A DNA stretch of 64,000 nucleotides, taken from Raillietiella orientalis (lineage: Eukaryota). Shown here in pieces: positions 37,900 through 50,237 of this stretch. Under the pieces are notes generated by a model that saw only the letters and a program-made list of their open reading frames with translations, was not told the DNA's origin and searched no databases. Position 1 is the stretch's first letter; every line of letters starts with the position of its first letter. The stretch lies in contig JAYWIR010000008.1 in assembly GCA_036172245.1 (NCBI GenBank), positions 434,001 through 498,000 on the forward strand, given 5' to 3'. Made by a program: the position numbers and the translations under genes.

Positions 37900-39450
37900 A
37901 TTTGGTTCCGCAGGAGAGAATCTCAATTGGTCAGAGATAATCTTCATGGGAGGATCTGGTGGAGATTAAAGTCAAGGAGCTTCTATTGGAGTTCTCATGT
38001 GTGATGTTTGACTCCCTAGAGAGGCCACTGACTGTGTTTGCACAAGATTAACGCAAACCTGGATAGCACGGGATCACGTGCAAGTTGCAACTGGAGCTGT
38101 GAAGTCTCTTCCAGAATAATCAGCCCTTCCTGCTTTGAGCAGACCATGGATGCATGTTTACTCGTGGCGGGGGAGGATTTTGACGGAAGGAACGCACCCT
38201 GTAAAATAAACTTCCTATGTGGTTCATCGATGGGCAGACCGGTGAAGCAAGAAGAGAGGAAACGCATACGAAGCGACTAGAAGGTTCTGAAAGCAAGTTT
38301 CAAACAAAAGAGAAACGGAAGCAAAAGTCTGTCTATTCGGGAACACTCTTCTTGTGCATCTCAGCGCAAAGTGAGTAACACGCTCGTGATCGAGTGTGCA
38401 CTTGACAGCTTTCGTCCTCAGTGTACCAAGTTGGCTGCAGTTTGGCATGACTTGCTGTTACATCTTCTCGTGAGCCTTTGGAGTCATCATAAATCTGACC
38501 TCGCATCCAGGCAGTGGGAAACCATCAAACGGTCCTTCTCCGTTTTTAGGAATCACAAGGTCCATACACTTCACGGAAGGGATAGTCATCGATGGCATTA
38601 CTGATATCCGGCGCGGGTTTCCTCAAAAGCCCATGAGGGTATATCACTCTGTTGGAAAGACAGTTTGCGGCTGCTGCATATGACTGGCTCTGCCTACTTT
38701 GAAAATCGAAAACGAAATTTTCCAACCGTTCCTTCACAACCGTGACGGAAAGCGTGGGCAGCGGCTCGGGACATTTAGAAGAGAATGATGGCATTCGGGG
38801 GAGAGGAGGATTCAAGCAACGAGGAACCAAATCATATCAGGAATCGGAAAGGTATTTATGTCGAGCTGCATCCGCAAGGGTCGCAAGGAGGCAGCAGGTT
38901 CAGCTAGAAGCCGTCAAGGACTCGTGCACGGTTCCCGTCCTAGTCGGTCAGCCTCCCTGCAGGCTTCCTAAAAAAAAGTGCATCTCGTGCGCTGCGGTAT
39001 CGATCCCTGGAACATTCTGCATAAGAGTCCTGTCAAGAGAGGTAAGATTGGCTTTCTTCAAGCATCAGAAGTTTGGCTTCCAATTTTTACCATACTGTCA
39101 GTGAACTTCGTGGGCAAATAAACTGCACAAGATGAAGATGAGAACAAGAAACTCTTTGGAAATGGTTGAAGATAGCGTCTCTGGTCGGCTCCGAGGAAGA
39201 ACAGAGGAGCCGCACGAGTTTGGATAAACGCAGACGGGTATTGGATAGGGAAAGAGCTGGACGGATATCTGCAGCATAAGGAATTTGTCCTTGATCAGCC
39301 TGTTTGCAGTAAAATTGAGGATGGGTGGGATCTATATTAAACCCAGATTCAAATGGAGAATCGAACATAAATATGAATGATCAGGATGAGTTTGGTTATC
39401 TCGGGAGAGCTCAGTGCTATTGCGCGCAACTGCACCTGCAATTGAACAAA
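37900..39450 (+). mobile_element. Degenerate RT of an RLE-type (R2/R4/NeSL-like) non-LTR retrotransposon
   Basis: TLVIECALDSFRPQCTKLAAVWHDL ~ FxLQxAIxDARRxxxxLAVAWLDL; IRGRGGFKQRG ~ IRRGVKQG; FGFQF; FGYLG, in order. Confidence 0.45.
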
Positions 39451-41149
39451 TGTCTGGAACATTCCGAATAACCATCCTTATGATGGACCCAGATGCCACG
39501 TTAAAGAGAGGTGCCCAGCGGGTAACCTTGCCGGATGAAGAATAAATACAACAACCTCCCCTTCAACAATTCAGGTGACCCAGACTACGATGGAATGTAC
39601 ACCTTTGGTGAAAGAACCATCAAAAGAGGTTTCGAAAACTCGAGGCATAGCCTATGGAGAAAAGGCCAAAGACAATCTTCGCATACTCGAGCTTCACACG
39701 TCAACGTTGGCAGAATAAAGCCTTGTTCCAGCAGACAGCATCTTGTGGCAGAAACAGCATTTTGCGAGCACCTAGAGCTTTCCATAAGTCTTTTCAGGAG
39801 AATTCTGAAGAACTTATCATGAGAGGAACAGATCGCAACTCGTGAAAGGCTGGCATCACATCATCTCAAAGTTCTACTGTGAAAAGGAGGAAAAGGAATG
39901 ATTCTGGGTCCACCAATTGCGGAGAAATTCTCCCCTGTTTTATGAGAGCGTTGGAAAAAAAAAAAAAGCTTCAAGACAAAGCGCAGATTAATGAGCGCAG
40001 CAGAGATGGAGAAATGTGGGAGGCCATTCTTTTCCGGTCTCCGAATGTTGGATCTTAGACAGGCAAAAATTTCCGTTTGGACAAATGGGAGGCGCATCTT
40101 CTACTAGCTGAACCATCACTTGATTATTACGTGACGACGAAAGAAGTATTCCGCTCCTCGACTTTCTCAAGAAATTGTTCAGAAAAGGTAGTTTTTGGTA
40201 GCAGAGAGAAAATGGTGAGGCACGAAGGATGAGGTTCCAAATGGTCCATGCGGCTCTCTCTGTTCTTGTTTCGTGGACTCCACTCATCCCGATGTTTCTC
40301 AAGCTCGTTGGGCAGCGCGAAATCTCACAGCTGAACTCAGCAGCGGGACAGATGCCTGCGTGAGTGCGATCATGGCCTGTTGTAAAGTGTAAACATGCAC
40401 AGGCTGGTTGTTTCATGGTGCATTCTGCAGATCTCGTGAGCTTCAAGGAAGACTTTGTTCCTTCTTCTGGCGTGCGATCCTCAAGGCTCTGTGGCGAGCC
40501 ATCCTCAAGGCTCTCCACAGAGTTGTCCAGCAAATCAGAGCTGGAAGAGCATCATCATGGAGAGTGTAACTGCTTGAAAATGCACGCTGCTTGAGTGCTG
40601 GAATTCAGAAAGTGTCGGAAGAGCCCTGGATCACCTCCAAGGGATGCTGGCAAAAGTGCCGTACCAGAGCCACATCATGCAGTGGTCCATTGCGTTCTGG
40701 AGGATTTCAGCCGGGACCATTCAGCGCTGGAGAGTGAGTCCACCTCTGAGTCGAACGACATGCCAGTCCGGTGGTGAAAGTGGCGTGCAAGAACTCTGGA
40801 CAGAGGGGATCCTTCAGGGAATGCTCTCTCGACCTTATCAGGGGAGAGGACGGTTCACCATCGAGGGAAAGAGAGGTAAGTGGGGACAAATCAGGAATCC
40901 TGCACAAATGGTAGATGCTTTCCTTGGTTCTTCTAATGGTTGTGGAGGGCAGAGACGTGCGAATTTATGAGGGGAGCGAACTCATTTCGAAGTGACAGAC
41001 TTTCCCAGGTCATTCTGAGGGGCCGATTAGACTGGGCAAGAGCACTTCGTGTGGTGATTGCCCAGTCCGACTCGCGGTGGGAGAATCCAGTTTGCTTTCG
41101 AGTCTCGCTAATCGATTAAACAAAGCCGCAGCGATGGAACGACGGAACG

Positions 41150-42650
41150 CTGCTCGTTGCTGATTTCAAACTCCTCAAGTCATCTCCTTCGGATCCGGAG
41201 TCTGTTTTTGTATTCAAGTACGAAGTGGAAAGGAGAGAACGGGGGAAGTGGAAGCAGCTGGGTTGGGTGGGGGGAAGGTGTGGACCGTTCACTGCATCCA
41301 TCGCGTCTTTGGCGTCCTACTGCATTGAGCACCAGCCTCTCGACTTTCCTCAATCTTCTGCAGAGTGTCCACGCTAGCTCTCTGCTTCAGCTTCTTGCGC
41401 CTATCTCTCGTTTGCGAAGGCTCGTTCTTACCTCGCATGAGTTGACCTCTATGCCCCTGTGAAGCTTCGTCCTTCTGATGAGGAGGGTTCCCACGAAGAA
41501 GGCCAGTGTGGTCCTCAACTTGAGGTTGTAAAAGAGAACGACTCCTTCTCGGAAGAGTCCGCGAGGGAGTTCTGTTCTGTTCCGACTTCGGATGGTGATC
41601 CCGTCGTCTGTTGGACTACTCCGGCGCAGGGAGAGAGTACTGCAAATGAACAAGCTGACCTTCCGTGCTCCCGCATGGGGGGGGGGGATCCGCGTCTTTC
41701 GGGTTTCCTGTCCAACTCTGGAGCCTCGTGCCGCACTTTGCACGGTGACTTCTTTGGAGGTCTCCTCCTACAGCGAACTCTCTACAGCACTTGGAACTTC
41801 AGCGCTCTGGATACGGCCAGGGTTTGTAGGTCCAGGGGCGACGACATACACGTTCTAGTGGTGCTTTCGTACTTTCGTGCAGCTGCTGAAAATTGCAACT
41901 GCTCAAAAGCTGTCCGCATGTATTCTGCAAAAGTGACCTGCGGTCAAGAAACGGGTGAAAAGTCAGTTGAGGAAGAGAGGGGGCATAAGTGAAGAAAGAA
42001 GAGTTGAGACTGGTCATTCAGATGAACTCTTTGGATGAACCAGACGGGTCAAGTATAGGCTGAGGGTTCACTAAGGCCGATGTAGATCTCGATTTGAGAG
42101 CTCAGAAAAGCACGTGAAACTTCCATAGTGGCTCCCCAGCATTTACTCAGTTGGTCCAATAAGATGCGTCCTTTTCTAATTTCCTCAGCTGCCGCTCGGA
42201 TCACACGCTGCGAGCCCATCCTTTGTTTACATTTCTCCGTTCTTCTTTGTTTGTTAATTTTCTTCAAGCTAGAATTGGACTCGGCACCGCGATGGATTCC
42301 GTGACGTCTGAACCCATCCTCTATGACCTGTCCACACAGACTTTCCACATATTTGCATTCCGCTCTATCCGCTTTCTTTTTTTCACTCCCCCTCTACGGA
42401 ATCTCAATCTCTACATTTGGCTTTTTCCACCCATTATCATCTCGCTTTCGTCCTGCGACCCTCCTTCTAAGAAGACACTTCCTTCTAGTCCATCCACCGT
42501 GAATCCGATCGCTCATCTAGGAAATTTCGCGTCACTTCCACTTTTGATCTTCACACAGCAGTGGGACATCAATCTCTACGGTAATTCTGTTGATTCGTGA
42601 ATTTTGGAGTTCGTCGTCCTTCCATCCGCTTCGCCTTAGGGTGGCTCAGT
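41150..42650 (-). mobile_element. Degenerate LINE ORF2 (EN end to RT start)
   Basis: RRSSPTDDGIT ~ KSPGPDGIT; AWTLCRRLRKV ~ AKVLANRLRKV. Confidence 0.5.
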
Positions 42651-43008
42651 TCGCATCCTTGACTTTCAAATCCCCGCGGACAATTCGTACTCCATGCACA
42701 GGAGTTTCTCTGCTTGGAAAAAAAACCAACAAACAGAAACCTCCGAAATCACAAACATCAAATCGTTCAGTGCCACTTTTCACGAGGCTAAAATTGGCTA
42801 AAATTAAGACATCATCACTGTGGTTTCTTGCATCCTCATTTCCTGTTTATTTTTTACTTTTCTGTCTGTCAAATGCTAAAGAATCCTTCCCTTCCTCTAA
42901 TGGGGCCCATGAAACTCTGCTGTCTTCGCCTTCCGAAGGTGCGCACAATTCTTCAGGCTATAGCGACCACGGAGGGATCATCCCATGAATCCAGGAAGGC
43001 TCCGGAGG

Positions 43009-43156
43009 TTGCCACCCGGATATGCCGGGGCGTTTATTTAAACTTTACAAAAAAAACATGGTACAAGGCCCCACTAACGGCCAACACAACACGGACTTGC
43101 CGGGTTGCCGGAACGCCGACCAGCGTGACTCTCCTTGGCGGCGCAAGGGGGATCGG
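43009..43156 (-). mobile_element. Short 5'-truncated LINE 3' end with degenerate 15-bp TSD
   Basis: Terminus AATAAA-CGCCCCGGCATATCCGGGTGGC-AA. Flanks are GGAAGGCTCCGGAGG (42994-43008) and GGAAGGTTCCATAGG (43157-43171); this sequence is single-copy in X at 5419-5433. Confidence 0.75.
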
Positions 43157-43242
43157 GGAAGGTTCCATAGGAAGGAGTCCGTGCCTTCCACGCTTGGGAG
43201 GAAACCCCAAAGGGAAACCCCTCCCCCCCTGACTGCCTCCGA

Positions 43243-44105
43243 TTTCCACCTGGACACCCCGGAGCGTTTATTGAAGTTTGAAAGGAACTCACCGATTGTG
43301 GAAGGGCACGTGGAAGGGACGACACGGACCTGCCGGGTCGCCGGTGCGCAGACCGGAGCTCCCCTCGGCAGCGGAGGCGGAGGGGAGAAAACCAAAAGAA
43401 AGCAAATAAAAATCTTTGGGACGGTCGGGAAGGAACCACCGTCTCCTGGAGAAAGTCTTCATCTTTCTGGGATGCCAGCTGGGTCCTCTCGGATAGGTGT
43501 TAGGCGGGACAGCATCCAGTCGTTAGCCGCAGAAAGAGGAAGTGCACACTCGGTAACGTCCTTCTCCTTCCTTCTTCTGTCGGTTTCGCTCCAGGCCGCC
43601 ACAACCCCGCGGATGCGGCAAAGCGCTGCAGGGCGTCCCGCACACAGAGGACCCGTCCCTCAAAAGGATGCGGAGTCGTTCCCAAACGTTCCCATGAGGG
43701 TTGGAAGGCTACAAGGTCCACGAGCAGGTGCGGGAGGGATTTCCGTGCCCCGCACCTGCGACAGTCCGGGCTCGCCCTGCCCAGCGTCCGGTGGTGTCGG
43801 CGCGCGTTGCAAGGAAGAAACCCCGGTGCAACAGCACAAGGGCCGACTGCTGCCACTTGAGGGCGAGGGCGCTGCTGATCTTGAGCGCTGGGGGCCATTC
43901 CAGTCTTCGCTAAGAATACCGAGCGGCTCGCCCCAGCGCTGTAGTCCTCGTGGAAAGGAACTCGGGGTCGCAGCATCCTCCAGCTGCCCCTTGGTTTATC
44001 CGCTCACCAAATTCCGTCTGCCTGCAATCTCTCAGGAGACTGTCACCTCGGCGGTTGACTGCTGTCAAGTGCCCTTCTCGTGAGGAGCACTGCTGCCGCC
44101 GAACG
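43243..44105 (-). mobile_element. 5'-truncated LINE 3' end with 10-bp TSD
   Basis: PCNARRHHRTLGRASPDCRRCGARKSLPHLLVD; terminus AATAAA-CGCTCCGGGGTGTCCAGGTGG-AAA. Flanks CTGCCTCCGA (43233-43242) and CTGTCTCCGA (44106-44115). Confidence 0.85.
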
Positions 44106-44667
44106 CTGTCTCCGAATTGAACCCCGAAAGGAATCCTTTCCTTATTCTCTCCGGAGGGAGCCCCCACTCTTCGTTTCCTCTCTGGAGGGACCCCTCGAAG
44201 AGGATCCGCTCCTCGTTTCGCCCTCTGAAGAGAATCGCGAAGGGACGTTCCCAAATTTCTCTGAAGGGAGCTCCCCGAAGGGAACAGTGCGCTTCTTAAC
44301 ACTCTGGTAAGGCGATCCCCCGAGGGAGGTATCGACCTGCTTCCTGGTACGCGATGGAGGGTCTACCCTTGGAAAGGGGCGGATCCATTTGCACAATCGA
44401 AGGGGAATACCGAAGGGACTCAGCTCCTTGATTCCTGGAAGAACGTCGGAGGGTCAACTTCCGATCCCGGCCAGTCAACGTAGGCATCGGACTGCCGCCG
44501 CCGGCGTACCCGGAACCTACAGGCCAACCAGCGTCATCGTGCGGAAGGGAAGGGGCTCGAAACTCAGGAAGCCCCCCCGTACTTTGCGTCGATGCTTCCC
44601 CGCGTGGTATTCGAGCCCGCGACGGTTGGTATGATGCACGGAGACCGCAGTCACACGGCCGCAAACG
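43357..44667 (-). repeat. Right (donor) arm of the 1311-bp inverted duplication
   Basis: Reverse complement of 32518-33828; clearly continues into its own LINE 3' UTR on the inner side and apparently into the X head on the outer side. Confidence 0.97.
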
Positions 44668-47559
44668 CGAGCCCCTCAGGCGATGTGTGTGACATTCTCG
44701 GGGTAATGAGCTACAATTTAGATGGAATAGAGAAGTCTACTTTGAATGAATCTCGATAATAGTTCCTGAAAGGTGCTGACCTAGAAGATTAATTCCCAAA
44801 AATAGATCATTGCCTGTGAATTGAGCGCGTGTCAGTAAAGAAAACTGGAATAGGGCCATAGAAGAACGACTTTATAGTATTTGGTTACCGTCTAAGAAAT
44901 GAAGCGAAATTTCCAACTTATCATTCAGTTCGTGTTCATTCATCACACGCTATCTATGAAAAATATCTATGCGATTTCATGTTACCATTAGAATTAAATC
45001 GTATCCTTTGGTAACCGCATTCCTCTCAAACCCTGAATAGATGCTCGGCATCCTGAGACCTGATGGATGCACTGGATCACAATTATTGGCAATTTCCGTC
45101 CACCCACTAGAAGGAAAGAGGGAAAGAAAATGGAAGTGGAGATCTAAATTTCATCATTCAATGTCGAATGAGGTCCTGTTGTTCATTTTTTTTTTTTTGA
45201 ATAACAAAGAAAAATGAACAGCTGATGTGTGCAGAACATCCCGCTTGCAACGGAGGGGAGTAGTTTTCTGCAGAAGCTGACGTGGGGGACTGCCCATTTC
45301 AGGAGTCGATGAGAAACCCACACGCGCACTCTGTCCTCCGTCCGCCGGCTGATGACGTGCAGCGTGTGGACTTTCATGAATGCACTGCGCGGCGCTCTCT
45401 TCTTCGCACAGCGAGAATTTGGGCTGCCTCTTCTTCATGCGAGGAAAAGTTAAGATAAAGTCTTCCAGCACATGTCTCGTAGAGAGGTCGATACTGCTTT
45501 TGGAATTACCAGCTACCACATCTGTAGTGTTCCTTTCACAATAAGACTGGTTGGAGAATCGCTAGAAATCGAGAGTGCACTGACGTGTTGCTCTGGCAAA
45601 AGTGTTGTGGGCAGGTGCAATGGGTTATGAAGTGAAAAGAGGTGGCTGGTATTCAGGGCCTGGATTTCCGAACGTGTCTGGGATAACCGGCGTCTATGTC
45701 CTGTTATGGCATCCCATGCGGCCCAGTGAGACCAGTGATGTGCCAGGAGGTCATTCCAGCTGTATGTGTGTTGGGCGGTGAGACGATTGACTTACGATGA
45801 TGAGGTAAGGTTGCGAGAGAAGGATTCCGGCAGTGGACCTTCATGCTATGCAGACAGACTGAGGATGGATGCAACAAAGAAAGACGTCGAAGTTATCAGT
45901 GAGGAAGTGAACTTTAGATGAAATTTCGATTGATTGGCAAACTGTGTCCTCTTCCATGCACTGAATACCAGTCAGCATCTTTTTCTTTTTTTTTTTTTTA
46001 ACAAGGAATCGTTGGTTTGATTCTGGATCCCTCCTGGGTCAATTGGATCTCTGGCCTCAACTACAACTGGTGTGGCTTGTCTAACAAAAACGGTTAAAGG
46101 AAATAAAAGACCAGAAACAGTTTTTCTTTTCTTTGAATACAAGGGCTACACGATGTTCTCGTGACGATGGCACGAGGACACCAGGAGGTTTTGCTGCCAG
46201 ATGCTGAGCGTGAGGTCATGAAGTGAAGTTCCACATGCGGAACTCCTGGATAGAGTGCACGGTGCCAAGGATGTGATAAGTTAAGTACGTGCAAGAAGAC
46301 TTCGATGGCGTTCGACGGCGAGCCTTCCCATGACTTCACAGATGGCAAATCTACTGAGCAAAAAGTAGGCCCTCTAGCTACTCCAGGGAAAGCGATGGGG
46401 ATGCAAGTGGTCGTTCCAAGAGAAGTTTGGAATTCACGGAGAGAATTTTGGATTTCATATGATCTCTTGGGCGTTCGAAGAAAAAAAAGCATCTGTTTGG
46501 ATATGTCCGTGTAACATTGGGATACGATGAAGATATATACGTATAATGTGGACCCATTCAAGTAGATATAGACAGAAACATGATTTCTGTTGAAAGTCAT
46601 GGGTTGGGTTCGGAGTGGGGCTTACAGTGACAAGAGCTCCTTAGTCACTCCAGAACAATGGTGCGTTAGGGAGATGCTGAGAATGGTGGAAAGTTCCATC
46701 ATTCCAGCTGTTGACAGTGGTGCAACACTGAAATTCGTTTGGTCCTCCGATGCTCGCTGTCTCCCTTGATCTGAAGATGGAAATATCCTTTCTCGAGTAA
46801 TAATCATCAGTGGTTTGCTGTTTATAAGGATCCCACGCTTAATGAAACTAAAGGATTTTCTAATCCTTCCACACACTGAGGTAACTTTTAGATGACAGGC
46901 GGTGGTTCATTTGTTGTTCTATCAGAGATCAAGAAGTGTATGCCTAGGAATGACTGTGAAGCTTCTCCGTCTGCTGCTGTCTGGTGTATGATTGACCATT
47001 AAATCAAGGCAGATGAAGAATCCGTTTATTTGCCTATGAGATGTCGGACACTACGCAGTGGTTTCAACAAAAGTTCTTCGTCACCTATGAGATGCGGAGG
47101 AAGGTCCACACTTTCATGGATATTCTTCTGCATAAAGTGGGAGTTCTTAAGTTCAGCCTATTAGGACGAGGGTCAAGAGCCAGCACCCTGAGAGTAAAAT
47201 TTCTCGCCGATCTGGTCGCAGAATATTCTGGAAAGGCGAGAGAAGGAAAGGTGGATTTCAAGTGTTCTCCCTGATTTCGAGAGGAGAAAGGAGTTCAATC
47301 CAGTAGGTCTGCCTGAGCGATGCGCGCTTCTTGCTGATTTCTGTTAGTTTCGACAGGATGTGGCTTGCAAGGAGGGACAAAGTTCACAAGGAAGGAAGAA
47401 ACACTGTAGGATGAAACAAGAAGAGCGATAGTCGATAGCATTCGAGGAAGTTGATCTCACGGAACGATCTCTTCCTTTCACGATCTCTGGAAACCGCTGC
47501 GATCCAAAGGGAATGAGAAACCTAAAATAAGTGAAAGAAGGATAAGAGAGGAGCAAAAA

Positions 47560-49650
47560 ACAATTCAATCCAGAGAAATTTTAAAGGAGTCCCTCCTTGT
47601 AGTTTTGAAGTGGCTACTCGGGCATCGTTCGCGCTCCAAGCATTTTCGGGAGCGAGGCACTGTGTAGGCATTGCTGATGCCTAATGGGCTTTGTCGAGGG
47701 AGGCTGCGCCCGAACTTTCCAGAAGGGAGATCCGAGCACGTGAAGCGGAAGAACCAGTTCATCGCAGCACGTCAGACACGAGGGATGCACGGGCGGCGCA
47801 AAGAAGGGTGCGAAAGAGCGACGTCGTGGGTGCTCTCGAAAATCCATGCACCGCAAGCTACGAAGTCTGAACGTGGGCTGCAAATGGAATGGACTGCTTC
47901 TTCAGGACAGACAGCTTTGTGGCCAGGGCGTCTCATCTTTTGTCTCCTGTGGTCCGTCTTCCTTGACTGTTGCGAAGCACCTGGACAGGTGTTACTGACG
48001 CTCCAAAGATAATCCCGTGGATGGGGTGTCATCTGTGTGCAAATGGAAACTTGAACAGCTCGAAAATTCCTCGCAGGAATTCTGGAAGATGGCAGTCGGT
48101 TGCGAATCTAAGGACTCTTCGGATGGGCTGGCATCTCGAGTGTTTTACCAAAGGATTTTGGAAGACGTGCTCGTTCAACTCGGTCTCTCTTTTGCAGCTC
48201 CGCGTCCCTTCCATTTCTTGAGTGACTCCGATGTTTGCCTTAATAAACATCGTGAAAGTTCTTGAAAAAAATAAAAAAAGTCAGTCTCCAGGCCAGAACC
48301 AAAATTTTGATGGATTTGGCATGCTGCGGTTCCGCTGGTTCTACTAGCCACTTCTCGCAACTCCAACTGCTTATCCGGCTGGTGGAAGAGTTCGCATTTG
48401 CTCCACCCCCGCAGCGTGCAGTATCCTTGCTTGCCATCTCCAAGGCTCGTTCTTTAAAGAATCAGCGATCCATATCTGCAAGACTCTTCTTGGCTGGTAC
48501 AAAGAAAAGAGTCTCCACAGGACACTTGTTTCCTTATTCTTTTGCTCTTCCCGTGTTGCCAGATGAGCTCATCAGTACTCAGCTGGCAGACAACGGATCT
48601 CCGACTTCCTGAGCTCCTCGTATATGTGCCGGATTTGCCACTCTCCCGATGGAAATCACGCGCGTCGAGGAGTCATTTCGCTTCCTGAAAACGTCCTGAA
48701 GATCCATCCAGGCACCTGCTCCATGAGGTATTTCGCGAGCATTGATGGGGTCAGCGAGGGTTCCTCAAGCTTTGAAGAGCCTTCGGCATGCGGCTACTGT
48801 CGAACGAAGAGCTGCACAGACATTGCGTGCTGGCGCTGTTCTAGAGACACCGGTCCGTTCTGCACCTCGACGTTTGAAGCAAAAGGCTCTAGGACGAAAG
48901 GGACGAGGGAAGAAGGCATCCTGCATGCGTGAGGGCGACCGATAGCAGATGGCGAGGGACGCATTCGGGATCCTCCTGGAGGACTTCTCTGGATGTAGGT
49001 TTGCGCCCACCGGCACAGGAAAGAGGTGACCCGCTTCCTGAGGGGAAGGCGCCGATCTCGTGCGCAGGAAATGCGTGACCCTGGAGGAATCCTCTAACCA
49101 GAGACCATGGAAGCGATCACACTGAAAGGAGGAGCACATATTCCCTAAAAGCTGGGAGCCACCCGTCTCCAATCAACCCGTTCCGGGATGGTCTTTAAGC
49201 GTGAACGTTATCCGGCACTCCAGGACTACTCAGGAGCTATCACGTGGACATCTCCTACGTGCGACTCCCAAGGACTACAAGCAGCCTCTCCAAGGGGAAC
49301 AAAAAAACTCAAGAATAGCAAGCACCGCGGAGGACGCGTTCATGATCCGCGTCCGTGCGAGCGACTGTTGCAGGCTCCTTAGGATTCGGCTGAGGGAGAC
49401 GTGATGAGAGAGTCCGCGGTCCCTGGGAGGGACTCGGTAGCATATTAAGAGAGAAATGGTGTGTTCCCGAGTGTCAGGCTCTCCCGGGATTTGTATCTGG
49501 AGCACACGTTGGGCCACTGGGCCTCCTGGAGGGCCTTGCAGCCTCGCCAGGCAGGAAAGATGGAGAGAGCGGATAGGGTGCGAGGGAGATGGGAAACCGC
49601 TTCCCTCAGGAGCTCTTACCCGTGGAATTTAGAGCGCCAAAACTTTGAGG
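47560..49650 (+). mobile_element. Degenerate LINE ORF2 fragments
   Basis: SKIHAP ~ NVYAP; ASRVFYQ...FLSDSD ~ SRLDRFY...SDH; KDYK ~ TDYK; RWETASL. Confidence 0.45.
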
Positions 49651-50237
49651 TTGATGCAAGTGAAGGTCAAGCATCAGCAAATGGTGCGTGTGGCCGAAAG
49701 TTCCTGGTAGGCATCTGCCGGTCGCTGGTCTGCCTTCTCAGGCACGGGCGAGGGATGCTTTCCTTTCTTTTCCTACGATTGACGCTCGCTCCTGTGAATT
49801 TCACTACCATATAGCGCTGCCTGCCAGGATCAGGGAAGCCGCGATTCTCCTCTGTCGGGATGGTTCAAGTGCGCTCGGGTTTCTCGAAAGACCACATCTG
49901 CAAAGATTGCAAGCATTCACGTGAGAATGAAACCCACGCGATCTGCAACTGCGTAGACGAGGGATCCTTGAGCAGAGAGCAAATAGCATCCACGGTAGTT
50001 ACTGGGACGAGTGCCGGATTCTGCCTTACGAATCTCCCCGTCCTGACTTCTCCCCGTCACTCTCCCTGCCCTCGCTCGTCTGTCGCGAATTTTCGTCCAC
50101 CTCTCTTCGCCTCCGTATCCTTCCTCTTGCTTGTCCCCTTACGTATCACCAGTGAGTTCAGTTCAAGGCAACGAGGAAAGCAAAATAGCCGCAGCTACGC
50201 AAAAAGGAAAGAAACCGACCGCCCAGTTCTTCGTAGA

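Larger units (their letters stand above)
42845..44690 (-). mobile_element. Element X carrying two nested LINE 3' insertions
   Basis: X segments 44690-44106, 43242-43157 and 43008-42845 join into a copy colinear with X at 50238-51290. Ends CTTTAGCA followed by an A-rich tract. Confidence 0.8.

Noticed and set aside
43022..44083. 353-aa ORF and its mirrored 203-aa copy at 33102-33713
   Set aside because: It is antisense to LINE 3' fragments and crosses element junctions; the identity reflects the DNA duplication, not protein conservation.
32518..44667. Maverick/Polinton or other large DNA transposon with 1.3-kb TIRs
   Set aside because: There is no TSD, the arms are SINE-like/LINE sequence, the left arm interrupts a LINE whose two halves lie inside and outside the putative element, and the spacer shows no pPolB, ATPase, capsid or intact transposase.
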